The notes: generated by a model not told the origin, from the letters alone. A DNA stretch of 64,000 bases from Candidatus Cloacimonadales bacterium (GCA_963677495.2 CAXXOU010000002.1:288001-352000); one strand, 5' to 3'. Positions 42,678 to 52,043 are shown, counted from the first letter of the stretch. Made by a program: numbers and translations.

Positions 42678-45293
42678 ATGAAGAATAAATTATTGTTTCT
42701 GATTTTAATGTTACCCATACAGCTATTTTCATGGACATGGCAAGTAAATCAAGATGGCTCTGCAGATTTTGACTCTATCCAAGCTGCTGTTGACTTAGCT
42801 TATAATGGGGATACTATTATTCTTCATGATGGTATATATTATGAAGAGGTAGACATTGTAAATAAGTCATTAACAATTGCAAGTCTATATCATTTAGATG
42901 GAGATGCATCCCATATTGAGAATACGATTTTTGATGGTGAAAATCAACATAGATTACTTAGAATCATGAATAATACTTTTGAAGGAGCATCTAATATAAT
43001 TGGTCTGACTTTTAGAAATGGGAATGCAATTATTGTAGATAATTCTTGGTGGTTAAGTGTAGTTACTGTTATTAGAACAGAAATACATATTTCAAATTGT
43101 AGTTTTTATAATAATATCAGTGTTCAAGGTGGTGGATTTTCTACAGGTGAATGTCAAGTTACCTTATCCGGTAACTCAATTAGAAACAACATTGCTACTG
43201 AGGGTGGTGGTGGATGTCTCCTATATAGTGGAGAAGATACAGAGAATCTCCCAACAGTTTTTAGTGAAACAAGCTTAAATAGTATATATAACAATCAAAG
43301 CATTTGGGGATCAGATATTCTTATTTTGAAAGATGAAAACATTAGTCCAATCATAACGGATACGCTAAGTGTCGATACTAATGATCGTTTCTACAATGTT
43401 GCAACTCACTTTAATCATACAGCAAATCATGATATAATAATTCAAGCAAATGTTACAACCTTGCCACGTATTGAGACAGACATATATGTAGCACCTTGGG
43501 GAGATGATGATAACGATGGATTATCAGTAACTTCACCTTTAAAATCAATCTGGTGGGCATGCTCAATTATAGCTCCAACAGAATCCAATCGATTGACGGT
43601 ACATTTACTTCCCGGAGAGTATTCACCATCACAAAACGATAATTTCTTTCCTTTTTATGTGAGAGACTATACCACTCTTCTTGGAGAGTCTGCTGATAAC
43701 ACGATTCTAAATTGTGAAGGAATTAGAAGTCACATTGTAAATAGGTCAGGGCAGAGTCATATAAAGCTTGAAAATCTATCATTAATCAATCATCAAATAG
43801 TTGAAGAAGATAGTCCTGAAGATAATTGGGCATATCGGAATTCAATTTACTTTGAACCTGATTTTCCGTTAGCTCCTGATTATGATCCGTCTGTTATTCA
43901 GCTTGAAAACATTAAATTTTATCATACAATTAATCACAATCTTGTGAGACCTAATAAAACTTTGTATGTATTAATTTCAAATGGGGTTTTGAATAACTGC
44001 CAATTTGGGAGTAGAAATACTGAAATAATCACAACACAAAAATCTTTAAGAAATGGAAACATTAGTTTTTGGAATTCAGGCTCATTCGAGATAACAAACA
44101 CAGCATTCTACAATCAAAGAGAACAGATTTCTATTGATAGCGCTGTACCTAGCAATGTAACAATATCTAATTGTTTGTTTGATTCTGAAGATACACTTCT
44201 GTTTAATAATGAGTATTTAAGATCTTATATTTCACTTGGCGGTCCTTTGAATACACATATTGTAAACAACACTTTTTATGGTAATCATCCTGCGGGACAA
44301 TTGGATGGAATGATATATATTGCACACTCAAATTCCCAATCAAACCCAAGTATAACAAATATCAAAAATAATATAATGGTAGACAATTTCGCTCCTCAAC
44401 AGAATCACTCTGTGAAGGTTGAAACCTTCTATGGTCCCTTTGCAGCAGAGATAAATGTTGAGTACAATTTGATTCCTGGTGGTGAAAGTACAGTGTCATA
44501 TACAGATTGGCCGAATCTTACATTCAACTACGAAGACACGAACATAGATACAATACCTCATTTAACAGGATATGGAGAAAACAGGTTTATGCTTGATGAT
44601 AATTCTCCTTGTATAGATGCAGGTACACTGAATCTACCTGATGGTTTTGAACTACCTGAAACTGATTTAGCAGGCAATCCGCGTGTTCATGGAGATAGCA
44701 TAGATATGGGTTGTTATGAATGGCAAGGAAATGTAGCTGATTTCACAATGCAGGCAATGGGGAATGTGTTCCCGATTGATGTTGTGTTTACTCCACACTA
44801 CAACTATTCAATTGATACAATTGCCTGGGATTTAGACCTTGATGGCGTGATTGATAGCTATGAAATGAATCCAGTCTGGTCTTATCCTGATTTCAATGGA
44901 CATGATGTCGGGATGTATATCAACGATGGCGAAGCTATTGAGATTAAGTATGACTGTATACAGCCTACAACACCAATAATAGAGGAAACTTTCGAAACAT
45001 CGGAAGCTAATGAGCTTTTAGCTTGTTATCCTAATCCCGTGAGAATCAGTACAGGTAATGTTATACTGAAGTACAATGTGAAAGATGTTGGAAGTGCAGA
45101 GTTGAAAGTGTACAATATCAAAGGACAAATGGTAAAATCCATTAAGGTTAAGAGTCAACGCAAAGGACGCAACACTATCTTCTGGTATCTTACCGATAAT
45201 CGAGGTGTGCATGTCCCATCGGGTGTATATCTGTATAACCTTGGACAGAATGGTAAATCCATTGGTAAAGGGCAGATAACGGTGGTCAAGTAA
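42678..45293 (+). CDS. Secreted beta-helix/DUF1565-like protein with PKD-like and FlgD/T9SS-like C-terminal domain
   Basis: IQAAVD, YVAPWGDD.NDG..SPLKSI, SPCIDAG..DLAGNPR..IDMGCYE, WDLDLDG, YPNP...SGVYLY. Confidence 0.82.
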   Translation: MKNKLLFLILMLPIQLFSWTWQVNQDGSADFDSIQAAVDLAYNGDTIILHDGIYYEEVDIVNKSLTIASLYHLDGDASHIENTIFDGENQHRLLRIMNNTFEGASNIIGLTFRNGNAIIVDNSWWLSVVTVIRTEIHISNCSFYNNISVQGGGFSTGECQVTLSGNSIRNNIATEGGGGCLLYSGEDTENLPTVFSETSLNSIYNNQSIWGSDILILKDENISPIITDTLSVDTNDRFYNVATHFNHTANHDIIIQANVTTLPRIETDIYVAPWGDDDNDGLSVTSPLKSIWWACSIIAPTESNRLTVHLLPGEYSPSQNDNFFPFYVRDYTTLLGESADNTILNCEGIRSHIVNRSGQSHIKLENLSLINHQIVEEDSPEDNWAYRNSIYFEPDFPLAPDYDPSVIQLENIKFYHTINHNLVRPNKTLYVLISNGVLNNCQFGSRNTEIITTQKSLRNGNISFWNSGSFEITNTAFYNQREQISIDSAVPSNVTISNCLFDSEDTLLFNNEYLRSYISLGGPLNTHIVNNTFYGNHPAGQLDGMIYIAHSNSQSNPSITNIKNNIMVDNFAPQQNHSVKVETFYGPFAAEINVEYNLIPGGESTVSYTDWPNLTFNYEDTNIDTIPHLTGYGENRFMLDDNSPCIDAGTLNLPDGFELPETDLAGNPRVHGDSIDMGCYEWQGNVADFTMQAMGNVFPIDVVFTPHYNYSIDTIAWDLDLDGVIDSYEMNPVWSYPDFNGHDVGMYINDGEAIEIKYDCIQPTTPIIEETFETSEANELLACYPNPVRISTGNVILKYNVKDVGSAELKVYNIKGQMVKSIKVKSQRKGRNTIFWYLTDNRGVHVPSGVYLYNLGQNGKSIGKGQITVVK

Positions 45294-45461
45294 TATTAAC
45301 ACTTGATATATGTCGGTACAAAGAATCGGAACAGTGAATAGAGTGGAACAAATACTGCATATAACTATAACAGATACTGAGATATGCGAGATTCAAATGG
45401 TTAAGATAAGGTTAAAATCTGAATCATATCTCATAAAAGAGCTTATTATAGCAAAAAACAG

Positions 45462-45489
45462 TTGACATGGTGCTTAAAGAGAATAAAAT
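45462..45489 (+). promoter_or_regulatory. Sigma70-type promoter
   Basis: TTGACA-16 nt-TAAAAT upstream of 45555. Confidence 0.55.
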
Positions 45490-45554
45490 GTAATTGAATG
45501 GCTATGGTTAAATAGTTAGTAAAAAAAGAGTGATAAATATTTGGAGGAAATAAC

Positions 45555-46250
45555 ATGCGTTATATTATGTCGATTTTACTTGTAGTTCTGATAGGTGCGT
45601 TATCTGCAACATCAATTTATGATGTACAGTACACAACTAATGCCGGTGATGGTACTTATCCTTCACCAATGGTTGGTCAACAGGTTACTGTTGAAGGTGT
45701 TGTAACAGCAACATTGATGCAAGGTGAGAAATTCTTCATCAGCGAACCACAGGGTGGTCCATGGCGTGGTCTTTTCATTTATGAATGGGAAACAATGCCA
45801 CAGCTTGGTGATATGGTATCTTGCACAGGTACAGTTGCTGAGTACAATGGTGTTACAGAGTTAACTTATGTAACTACACAGGTTCTTAGTAGTGGTAATC
45901 CATTACCTAACCCAACACAGGTTACAACAGGTTCAATAGCCAACCCTGCAACTAGAGAGCAATATGAAGGTGTTTTCATTGCTGTATCTAGAGCTACTGT
46001 ATCTTCAAGTACTGCAGATAATGGCTTCAACCAATTCGGTATCAATGATGGAACAGGCGAATGTCTCGTTGATGACGATATGTATGATGGTTATAATGTA
46101 AATGTTAATGATACTATGGATATGCTTGGTATCGCACATTATAGCTATGATAATATGAAAGTTTTCCCAAGAACAGCTGCTGACCTTCTTCCTTACGGAA
46201 CAAGTAATGCTAAGAAATCTTGGGGTAGAATTAAATCTATTTACAGATAA
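45555..46250 (+). CDS. Secreted OB-fold (extracellular nuclease-associated-like) protein with C-terminal SWGRIK motif
   Basis: Signal peptide; IYDVQ..SP..GQ.VTVEGVVTA, GD.V..TGTVAEY.G.TEL; ends KKSWGRIKSIYR. Confidence 0.72.
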   Translation: MRYIMSILLVVLIGALSATSIYDVQYTTNAGDGTYPSPMVGQQVTVEGVVTATLMQGEKFFISEPQGGPWRGLFIYEWETMPQLGDMVSCTGTVAEYNGVTELTYVTTQVLSSGNPLPNPTQVTTGSIANPATREQYEGVFIAVSRATVSSSTADNGFNQFGINDGTGECLVDDDMYDGYNVNVNDTMDMLGIAHYSYDNMKVFPRTAADLLPYGTSNAKKSWGRIKSIYR

Positions 46251-46269
46251 GCTATAATTGGAGCATTCA

Positions 46270-46725
46270 ATGAGTAAGTTTTTTAAAAAAGCTTTTAACT
46301 TTGCCGTACTGGCTGGTTTAGGTTATTTAGGATTAAAGATTTATAAAGTGATTCATGGTGTCATGAAGCTTTCAAAGAATCTTCCTGAATTTCTTACAAA
46401 TGTTTATGGTGAGAAACCATCAATAAATATAAACCAGCAGTTCAGATCTATGCAGATTAAAGTCGGTTTCTCTACTGAAATATTAGAGAATAATAGTGAT
46501 ATCGAAGCTATAATATTAGAATATATTGAAGATTTCTATCCTGAATTATGTAAGAACATTAAGATTGATATCTTTGATAAAACAGCTAAAACCGATGAAT
46601 GTAATTGCGGTGAAGACTCAGAATGCGAATGTGGAGATGACTGTGATTGTGGTGACGATTGTGACTGCAAAGAGGAAAAAACAGAAGAAGCTCCGGTAGA
46701 AGAAAAAGAAGAAAGCGTCGAGTAA
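46270..46725 (+). CDS. Hypothetical membrane-anchored protein with Cys/acidic-rich tail
   Basis: N-terminal hydrophobic helix; CNCGEDSECECGDDCDCGDDCDC. Confidence 0.7.
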   Translation: MSKFFKKAFNFAVLAGLGYLGLKIYKVIHGVMKLSKNLPEFLTNVYGEKPSININQQFRSMQIKVGFSTEILENNSDIEAIILEYIEDFYPELCKNIKIDIFDKTAKTDECNCGEDSECECGDDCDCGDDCDCKEEKTEEAPVEEKEESVE

Positions 46726-46749
46726 TTTAACGCAGATTCATATATTTAG

Positions 46750-46775
46750 GGTCGCACAACTTGTGCGACCTTTTT
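46750..46775 (+). terminator. Intrinsic terminator
   Basis: GGTCGCACAA / TTGTGCGACC plus TTTTT. Confidence 0.8.
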
Positions 46776-46857
46776 CATTATCAAAGTAAAAGTAATTTAG
46801 GTTTGACAGTTTACAGGAATCATACAATAATAGAAAAAAGAATAAAAGAGGTACATT

Positions 46858-47646
46858 ATGAGCCAGAACTTAGTTACAATAGCCAAATATGATACTCCCT
46901 TTGAAGCTGAATTAGCAAAGACTTACCTTAATGACTGTGGAATCGAAGCAGTTGTTTTTAATGAGTTAATCAATACAATCATCCCCTCATTTGCAGGACT
47001 CAAATATGAGACAGAATTAAAGGTTAATGATGAAGATGCGGATGTTGCAAAAGAACATCTTACTAACATCAATTCTGCCTATGTAACAGAATCTGTACTT
47101 AAAGAATGTGGTTCTCTTTTAGAAGGACATTTCAAACTTACATCCGGTCGCCATAGCAATAAATATGTTGAGAAGATTAAGATTATCCAGGCACCGGATA
47201 AGGTTGAGATTATCTGTAATCGTATGGCTCTTGCTATGAAAGATATCGAATGCGATATTGTTATAGGCCCGGCATTCGGTGCTATAGTGCTTGGCTATGA
47301 AGTAGCCAAACAGCTTGGTAAGAAGTTTGCCTTCTGTCAGCGTAAAGAAGGTGTGATGACCTTTAGAAGCGGTTTCGAAATCAAACCGGGCATGAAAGCA
47401 ATTATCATAGAGGATATCGTTACAACAGGTGGCAGTGTATTTGAAGTTATAGAAGCACTAAAAGAACGAGATGTTGAAGTTGCCGGTGTTGGGCTCATCG
47501 TTGACCGTTCCGGTGGAAAAGTGGACTTTGGTGTCCCTACATTCCCTCTCCTGACTCTTTCAATAGAATCATGGGAACCTGAAGATTGCCCACTCTGTAA
47601 AGCTGGTGTTCCAATTACTAAGCCCGGGAGCAGTGATAAGAAGTAA
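46858..47646 (+). CDS. pyrE: Orotate phosphoribosyltransferase with N-terminal DUF2007-like domain
   Basis: GHFKLTSGRHS, IIEDIVTTGGSV, VDRS; extra ~70-aa N-terminus EAELAK..L...GIEA. Confidence 0.9.
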   Translation: MSQNLVTIAKYDTPFEAELAKTYLNDCGIEAVVFNELINTIIPSFAGLKYETELKVNDEDADVAKEHLTNINSAYVTESVLKECGSLLEGHFKLTSGRHSNKYVEKIKIIQAPDKVEIICNRMALAMKDIECDIVIGPAFGAIVLGYEVAKQLGKKFAFCQRKEGVMTFRSGFEIKPGMKAIIIEDIVTTGGSVFEVIEALKERDVEVAGVGLIVDRSGGKVDFGVPTFPLLTLSIESWEPEDCPLCKAGVPITKPGSSDKK

Positions 47647-49355
47647 TGAAAAGAATTGGTATAACTACCGGTGATCCTGCCGGTATTGGACCGGAGATAG
47701 CTGTAAAAGCTCTCCGGTTTCATTCCTTAAAGCAGGATTTAATATATATTGTTTATGGCTCTTATCCATACTCTAAACATGGATATAAACCTGTTGTGAT
47801 TGATAATGTTGATTTGGCTACTCAGCCTGGTGCTGTTTATCATATTTCAATTGAGAATGACTCCGTTGTTGCTGGAGAACCATCCTCTTCAAGTGGAAAA
47901 GTAGCTTTCGAGATATTGGAAAGATGCAGTGTTGACCTGAACGCAGAAAAGCTTGATGGTATTGTGACAGGGCCTGTTTCCAAAGAGTATATAAAACCCT
48001 TTGATAATGAGTTTATAGGTCATACAGAATATCTGGCTAAACGTTCCAATGTTGATGATGTTGCAATGACTTTCTGGGGTCCGGTGTTTGATTTGGCACT
48101 CTTATCAACTCATAAAGGTCTTTGTGAGTTATCTGAATATCTCACAGAGGAGAGAGTAGAGAGTATGCTTCGCTTAATCCATAAAGAGTATACAAAAATC
48201 AAGCCCAAAGCAAAGATTGCCTTACTCGCAATTAATCCCCATGGGGGAGAGAATGGGATGTTTGGTAGTGAAGATATCATGATGGAAAAAGTGGTATTGC
48301 GTCTTGCTGAGGATGATATCTATATTGATGGCCCTTTCCCTGCTGATACGTTCTTTGCTTACAATCTTAAAGGTTATGATTTAGTCATTTCACCATATCA
48401 TGATCAAGGTCTTATTCCATTCAAAATGCTTTCAAAAGGAAGCGGAGTAAACGTAACTTTAGGATTACCTTTCTATCGTACTTCAGTGGATCACGGTACA
48501 GCATTTGATATTGCCGGCACTGGAAGGTCTGATTCTGCAAGTATGAAATCCGCTTTAGAGTGGCTTGAAAAGCGACTCTCAGATGAAAAGATTACAAGTA
48601 CATCATACAATATCTTTGCTGAATACTATGATGACTATATGGGGCATGTTGACTACAAAGGCTGGATGAACCTTGTTTTAGATGAATATAAGCTGGTCTA
48701 TAATCAGGAACCTTCAAAGGTTTTAGAGATTGCATGTGGTACTGCCAATGTTGCTTGTCAGCTGGTTAAGAAAGGTTTTGATGTAGATGCTAGTGATAAC
48801 TCAGAAGCTATGCTATCTATTGCAGCAAAAAAGAAGTACTCTCCAAATCTTTATCTTGCCGATATGGCAGATGTTATTGATGGGAAGTATGACTTGATTC
48901 TTTGTTTGTTCGACAGTGTTAACTACCTTCTAAAAATTTCGCAAGTTGAGCAGATGTTCTTAAATGTGAAGAACGCACTAACCGATAATGGAATGTTCAT
49001 ATTCGATGTCTCGACTCTACGAAATAGTATTGAGAACTTTGATGATTTCGTGAATATCGAATCTAATGATGAACTCTTAATGCTCCATGAAGCGGAGTTT
49101 GACTCAAAACGCTTAAAACAGTACTCTAATCTTACGCTCTTTAGAAAAGATATGTATGGATATAAAAGATATAAAGAATCTCATTTACAGACTGTTTATC
49201 CGCTTTCTGAGTTGATTAGTTCAATCGTTAAATGTGGTCTTGATATAAGAGAGATAAAATCACCTACACATCATAAGAGTCTTCTCTCTATGCAACCGGA
49301 AGCTATTGAAGATGAGTTTGAACGTGTCTTCTTCTGTGTGACTTCTAATGAATAG
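47646..49355 (+). CDS. pdxA: PdxA-family dehydrogenase fused to a class I SAM-dependent methyltransferase
   Basis: GDPAGIGPE, GHTEYL, NPHGGE, YHDQGL, RTSVDHGTAFDIAG; then YYD..Y..W, LEIACGTA, FDSVNY. Confidence 0.88.
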   Translation: MKRIGITTGDPAGIGPEIAVKALRFHSLKQDLIYIVYGSYPYSKHGYKPVVIDNVDLATQPGAVYHISIENDSVVAGEPSSSSGKVAFEILERCSVDLNAEKLDGIVTGPVSKEYIKPFDNEFIGHTEYLAKRSNVDDVAMTFWGPVFDLALLSTHKGLCELSEYLTEERVESMLRLIHKEYTKIKPKAKIALLAINPHGGENGMFGSEDIMMEKVVLRLAEDDIYIDGPFPADTFFAYNLKGYDLVISPYHDQGLIPFKMLSKGSGVNVTLGLPFYRTSVDHGTAFDIAGTGRSDSASMKSALEWLEKRLSDEKITSTSYNIFAEYYDDYMGHVDYKGWMNLVLDEYKLVYNQEPSKVLEIACGTANVACQLVKKGFDVDASDNSEAMLSIAAKKKYSPNLYLADMADVIDGKYDLILCLFDSVNYLLKISQVEQMFLNVKNALTDNGMFIFDVSTLRNSIENFDDFVNIESNDELLMLHEAEFDSKRLKQYSNLTLFRKDMYGYKRYKESHLQTVYPLSELISSIVKCGLDIREIKSPTHHKSLLSMQPEAIEDEFERVFFCVTSNE

Positions 49356-49965
49356 ACTTTACGCAAATGAAATAGAAAGCTTTGGTTTAGATAAGCTTGT
49401 AGCAGGGGCTGACGAAGCCGGTAGAGGACCTTTAGCCGGTCCTCTTGTAGCTGCTGCAGTGATTCTTGACAGAAATGTGATTATTGAGGGTGTTAATGAC
49501 TCAAAGAAGCTTTCTGAGAAGAAAAGAGAGTCTATCTTTGAGGAGATTCTTGAGAAAGCGCACGCTTATGTAATTGAGATAGTTTCACCCCAAGAGATTG
49601 ATGATTTGAACATACTAAATGCATCTCTTGAAGGTATGAGAAGAGCTATCGAAAGATTAGATACAACTCCTGAACATTGCTTAATTGATGGGAATAAACT
49701 ACCCCGAACGTTAAAGTTATCAAAAGAAGCTGTAGTCAAAGGGGATGGAAAATATGCCTCAATTGCAGCTGCCTCAATTCTTGCAAAAGTTACACGTGAT
49801 CGTATTATGGTAGAGCTTGATAAAGAGTTTCCGCAATATGGTTTTGCCCAACATAAAGGATATCCAACTAAACAGCATCTGGAAGCAATCAAGAAACATG
49901 GTGTCACTGAGCATCATCGAATGTCATACGGTCCATGTGCTCAGTTGACTGTTGATTTCTTTTAG
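49348..49965 (+). CDS. rnhB: Ribonuclease HII
   Basis: DEAGRGPLAGP, DSKKL, IDGN, IAAASILAK, HKGYPT. Confidence 0.97.
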   Translation: MNRLYANEIESFGLDKLVAGADEAGRGPLAGPLVAAAVILDRNVIIEGVNDSKKLSEKKRESIFEEILEKAHAYVIEIVSPQEIDDLNILNASLEGMRRAIERLDTTPEHCLIDGNKLPRTLKLSKEAVVKGDGKYASIAAASILAKVTRDRIMVELDKEFPQYGFAQHKGYPTKQHLEAIKKHGVTEHHRMSYGPCAQLTVDFF

Positions 49966-50063
49966 GCTAGTAAACAAGCTTTTCACTATTCAGATTTCTA
50001 AGTCATAACAGATAATTCTACATGATTTCACGCAGCATTCTCTGTTACTTCTTGCCTATTTTA

Positions 50064-50142
50064 CCACGGATGAACCACGGGTAAACCACACCCAAACGAC
50101 GGGAGCCGTGGTTAACCCGTGGTTTACCCGTGGTCAACCCGT
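50064..50142. repeat. 11-bp-periodic inverted repeat array (IS110 target), continuing after the IS at 51539
   Basis: CCAC at 50064/50075/50086; GTGG at 50108/50119/50130; fourth unit CCCGT|GGTTAA split by the IS. Confidence 0.8.
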
Positions 50143-50156
50143 TGTATATTGACATT

Positions 50157-50330
50157 ATATGATTAAATAACAGGATTTGAAAAAGAATAAGGGAAGATGA
50201 ACAAGCTATATGACCCGTTGAGTCCACAAACTCGTTAGCCATGTTTAGCCCATCTTCCACTTAGTCTGAACAGTACATTGGGCATTAAAGCCCGTATTTT
50301 ACAATGATAGACTACTTGTTCTTTTATTTT
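50157..50330 (+). ncRNA. Predicted IS110 bridge RNA
   Basis: Outer stem 50181-50191/50315-50325; target loop stem GGAAGATG/CATCTTCC; donor loop stem TAGTCT/AGACTA; loop segments match the donor and target junctions; ends approximate. Confidence 0.78.
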
Positions 50331-50346
50331 TGTAAAGGAGAATATT

Positions 50347-51330
50347 ATGAAAAAGAAAGTGATTGGAGTAGATGTATCAATGGAGAAGCTAGATATAGTG
50401 ATTTACGATGGGAATAAGCACAAGCATTCGATAATTGATAATACTCCAAATGCCTTTGAAAGATTCTTAAAGCGATTTGCTTCCGGCTCTGTTCATATAT
50501 TCATGGAAGCAACTGGTGTCTATCACATTCAGATTGCTGTTAAAGCTTATGAACTAGGTCATAATATCTATGTAGTTAATCCTCTTGTTATTAAGAGTTT
50601 TTCTGATGCTATGATGAGTAGAGCTAAGACGGATAAAGTAGATGCTAAGATGATTGCTGAGTATGGTTACAAATGTGATTATAGACCTTTTTCTCCATCA
50701 TCAAAGGCAAGATTAGAGTTGTTAGAACTATTAAGAGATTATAACTATTTAATAGAAACACAAACCAAGATATCCAATCGTATTCATGCATATAAGCATG
50801 GTTTACAGGTGTCTAAAGATGCTCAAAAAGTTCATAAATCACTACTTAAAGAGATCAAGAAAAACATTCTCATGCTAAAGAAAGCTATCGAACAAATAGT
50901 AGTTAAAAGCTATCACAGGATATATAATAAACTTATTGCAATCAAAGGTGTAGGAATTATGACTATTGCAACAGTTATTGCTTTTTATGAAGATTTCACA
51001 GATTTTGAGACATCAAAACAAGCTATTTCTTTTGCTGGTATGAATCCACATATTCGGCAATCCGGAAAAAGTCTTAGGGGACGTGGAAGCATAAGTCGAA
51101 AAGGTAGCCCAGAGATTAGGAGGATGCTATATTTAGCTGCGGGAGTAGCCAGGATACATAATCAGTATTTTCAAGAGTTTTACGTCAGATTAAGAAGTAG
51201 AGGTAAAAGTTATAAGCAAGCAATAGTAGCTGTAGCCAATAAGCTTCTACGCCAGATCTTTGCCGTTGTTAAGTATGACAGAGAATGGATACCTAATTAT
51301 GCTTCATTAAGAGAACAACTTGGTGCATAA
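50347..51330 (+). CDS. IS110 family transposase/recombinase
   Basis: IGVDVS, MEATG, KTDKVDA (DEDD RuvC-like); IKGVG, QSGKS catalytic Ser, A.VAVANKL. Confidence 0.95.
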   Translation: MKKKVIGVDVSMEKLDIVIYDGNKHKHSIIDNTPNAFERFLKRFASGSVHIFMEATGVYHIQIAVKAYELGHNIYVVNPLVIKSFSDAMMSRAKTDKVDAKMIAEYGYKCDYRPFSPSSKARLELLELLRDYNYLIETQTKISNRIHAYKHGLQVSKDAQKVHKSLLKEIKKNILMLKKAIEQIVVKSYHRIYNKLIAIKGVGIMTIATVIAFYEDFTDFETSKQAISFAGMNPHIRQSGKSLRGRGSISRKGSPEIRRMLYLAAGVARIHNQYFQEFYVRLRSRGKSYKQAIVAVANKLLRQIFAVVKYDREWIPNYASLREQLGA

Positions 51331-51692
51331 TAATCTGAATGTAATAGTATTGTGGACAAGTATCGTTCGGAGATAACTTATCCACAATCCACGCCTAATG
51401 GAGCTTCTCACTCAAGCTCCAATAGTCGTGGTGTGGAATGTGGGTAAGTTAAGATACTTGCCCATGATGCTATGGAATGTAGTCTGATTTAATATTGTTA
51501 AATTGTCGAATATTTTATTGACGTGAGATACAGTACATGGTTAAGTATGCTGATTCTAACAGTGTATAAGTACTTTAAGAAACTTAGGAAATAATCATTA
51601 AAATGGGATTATATTGTTAAACCAATAATACATACAAATAGGGGAGAGCATAGATATTACTATGTCTTACCGATAAAAAGAAATTATATCAA

Positions 51693-52043
51693 TTAATCAA
51701 GAATCAGGTTAGAGATATCTTTAACCAAAACCCGTTTATCAACTAGCTCAAATTTCCGACTTATCGCTGAAATAGCTTTTTCGATACTATCATGACTAAT
51801 TGATTTTATATATTTATACTCAGTATCAGAATCAACAGAATAGAGCTGTATTTGTGGTGAATGTAGTTTGATCAATAGATGTCGCTTATATGTTTCCTTG
51901 CACTTTAACAGATCTCCATTAGTGAAGATGATAGACTCGGGTGTCAGGTAATTATACACTCTCTCAAAGTCCGTTGTGTTAACAACGGACCATTTCAAAT
52001 CCTTAGGTTGGTAATCCAAGCCAATAAATATTAAATGTGCCAT
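51693..52043 (-). CDS. Hypothetical protein
   Basis: 116-aa ORF starting 1 nt after the upstream gene's stop; no recognised motif. Confidence 0.55.
   Translation of the reverse strand: MAHLIFIGLDYQPKDLKWSVVNTTDFERVYNYLTPESIIFTNGDLLKCKETYKRHLLIKLHSPQIQLYSVDSDTEYKYIKSISHDSIEKAISAISRKFELVDKRVLVKDISNLILD

Larger units (their letters stand above)
50141..51538 (+). mobile_element. IS110-family element (IS621-like organisation: bridge RNA in the left end)
   Basis: DEDD recombinase ORF. Removing the element restores the flanking repeat unit. Joining the ends gives ACAGTACATTGTAT and a TTGACG-17-TATATT promoter. Confidence 0.88.

Noticed and set aside
50152..50155. Alternative IS110 left boundary using a duplicated ACAT (50152-50155 / 51535-51538) with TATGAT as -10
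   Set aside because: This also gives 17-nt spacing, but the 50143 boundary matches both donor guides exactly, matches the left target guide and restores the flanking repeat unit.
50270..50278. ACAGTACAT as a target-site duplication with 51530-51538
   Set aside because: It lies inside the predicted donor-binding loop and is better explained as the left donor guide; IS110 elements do not make such duplications.
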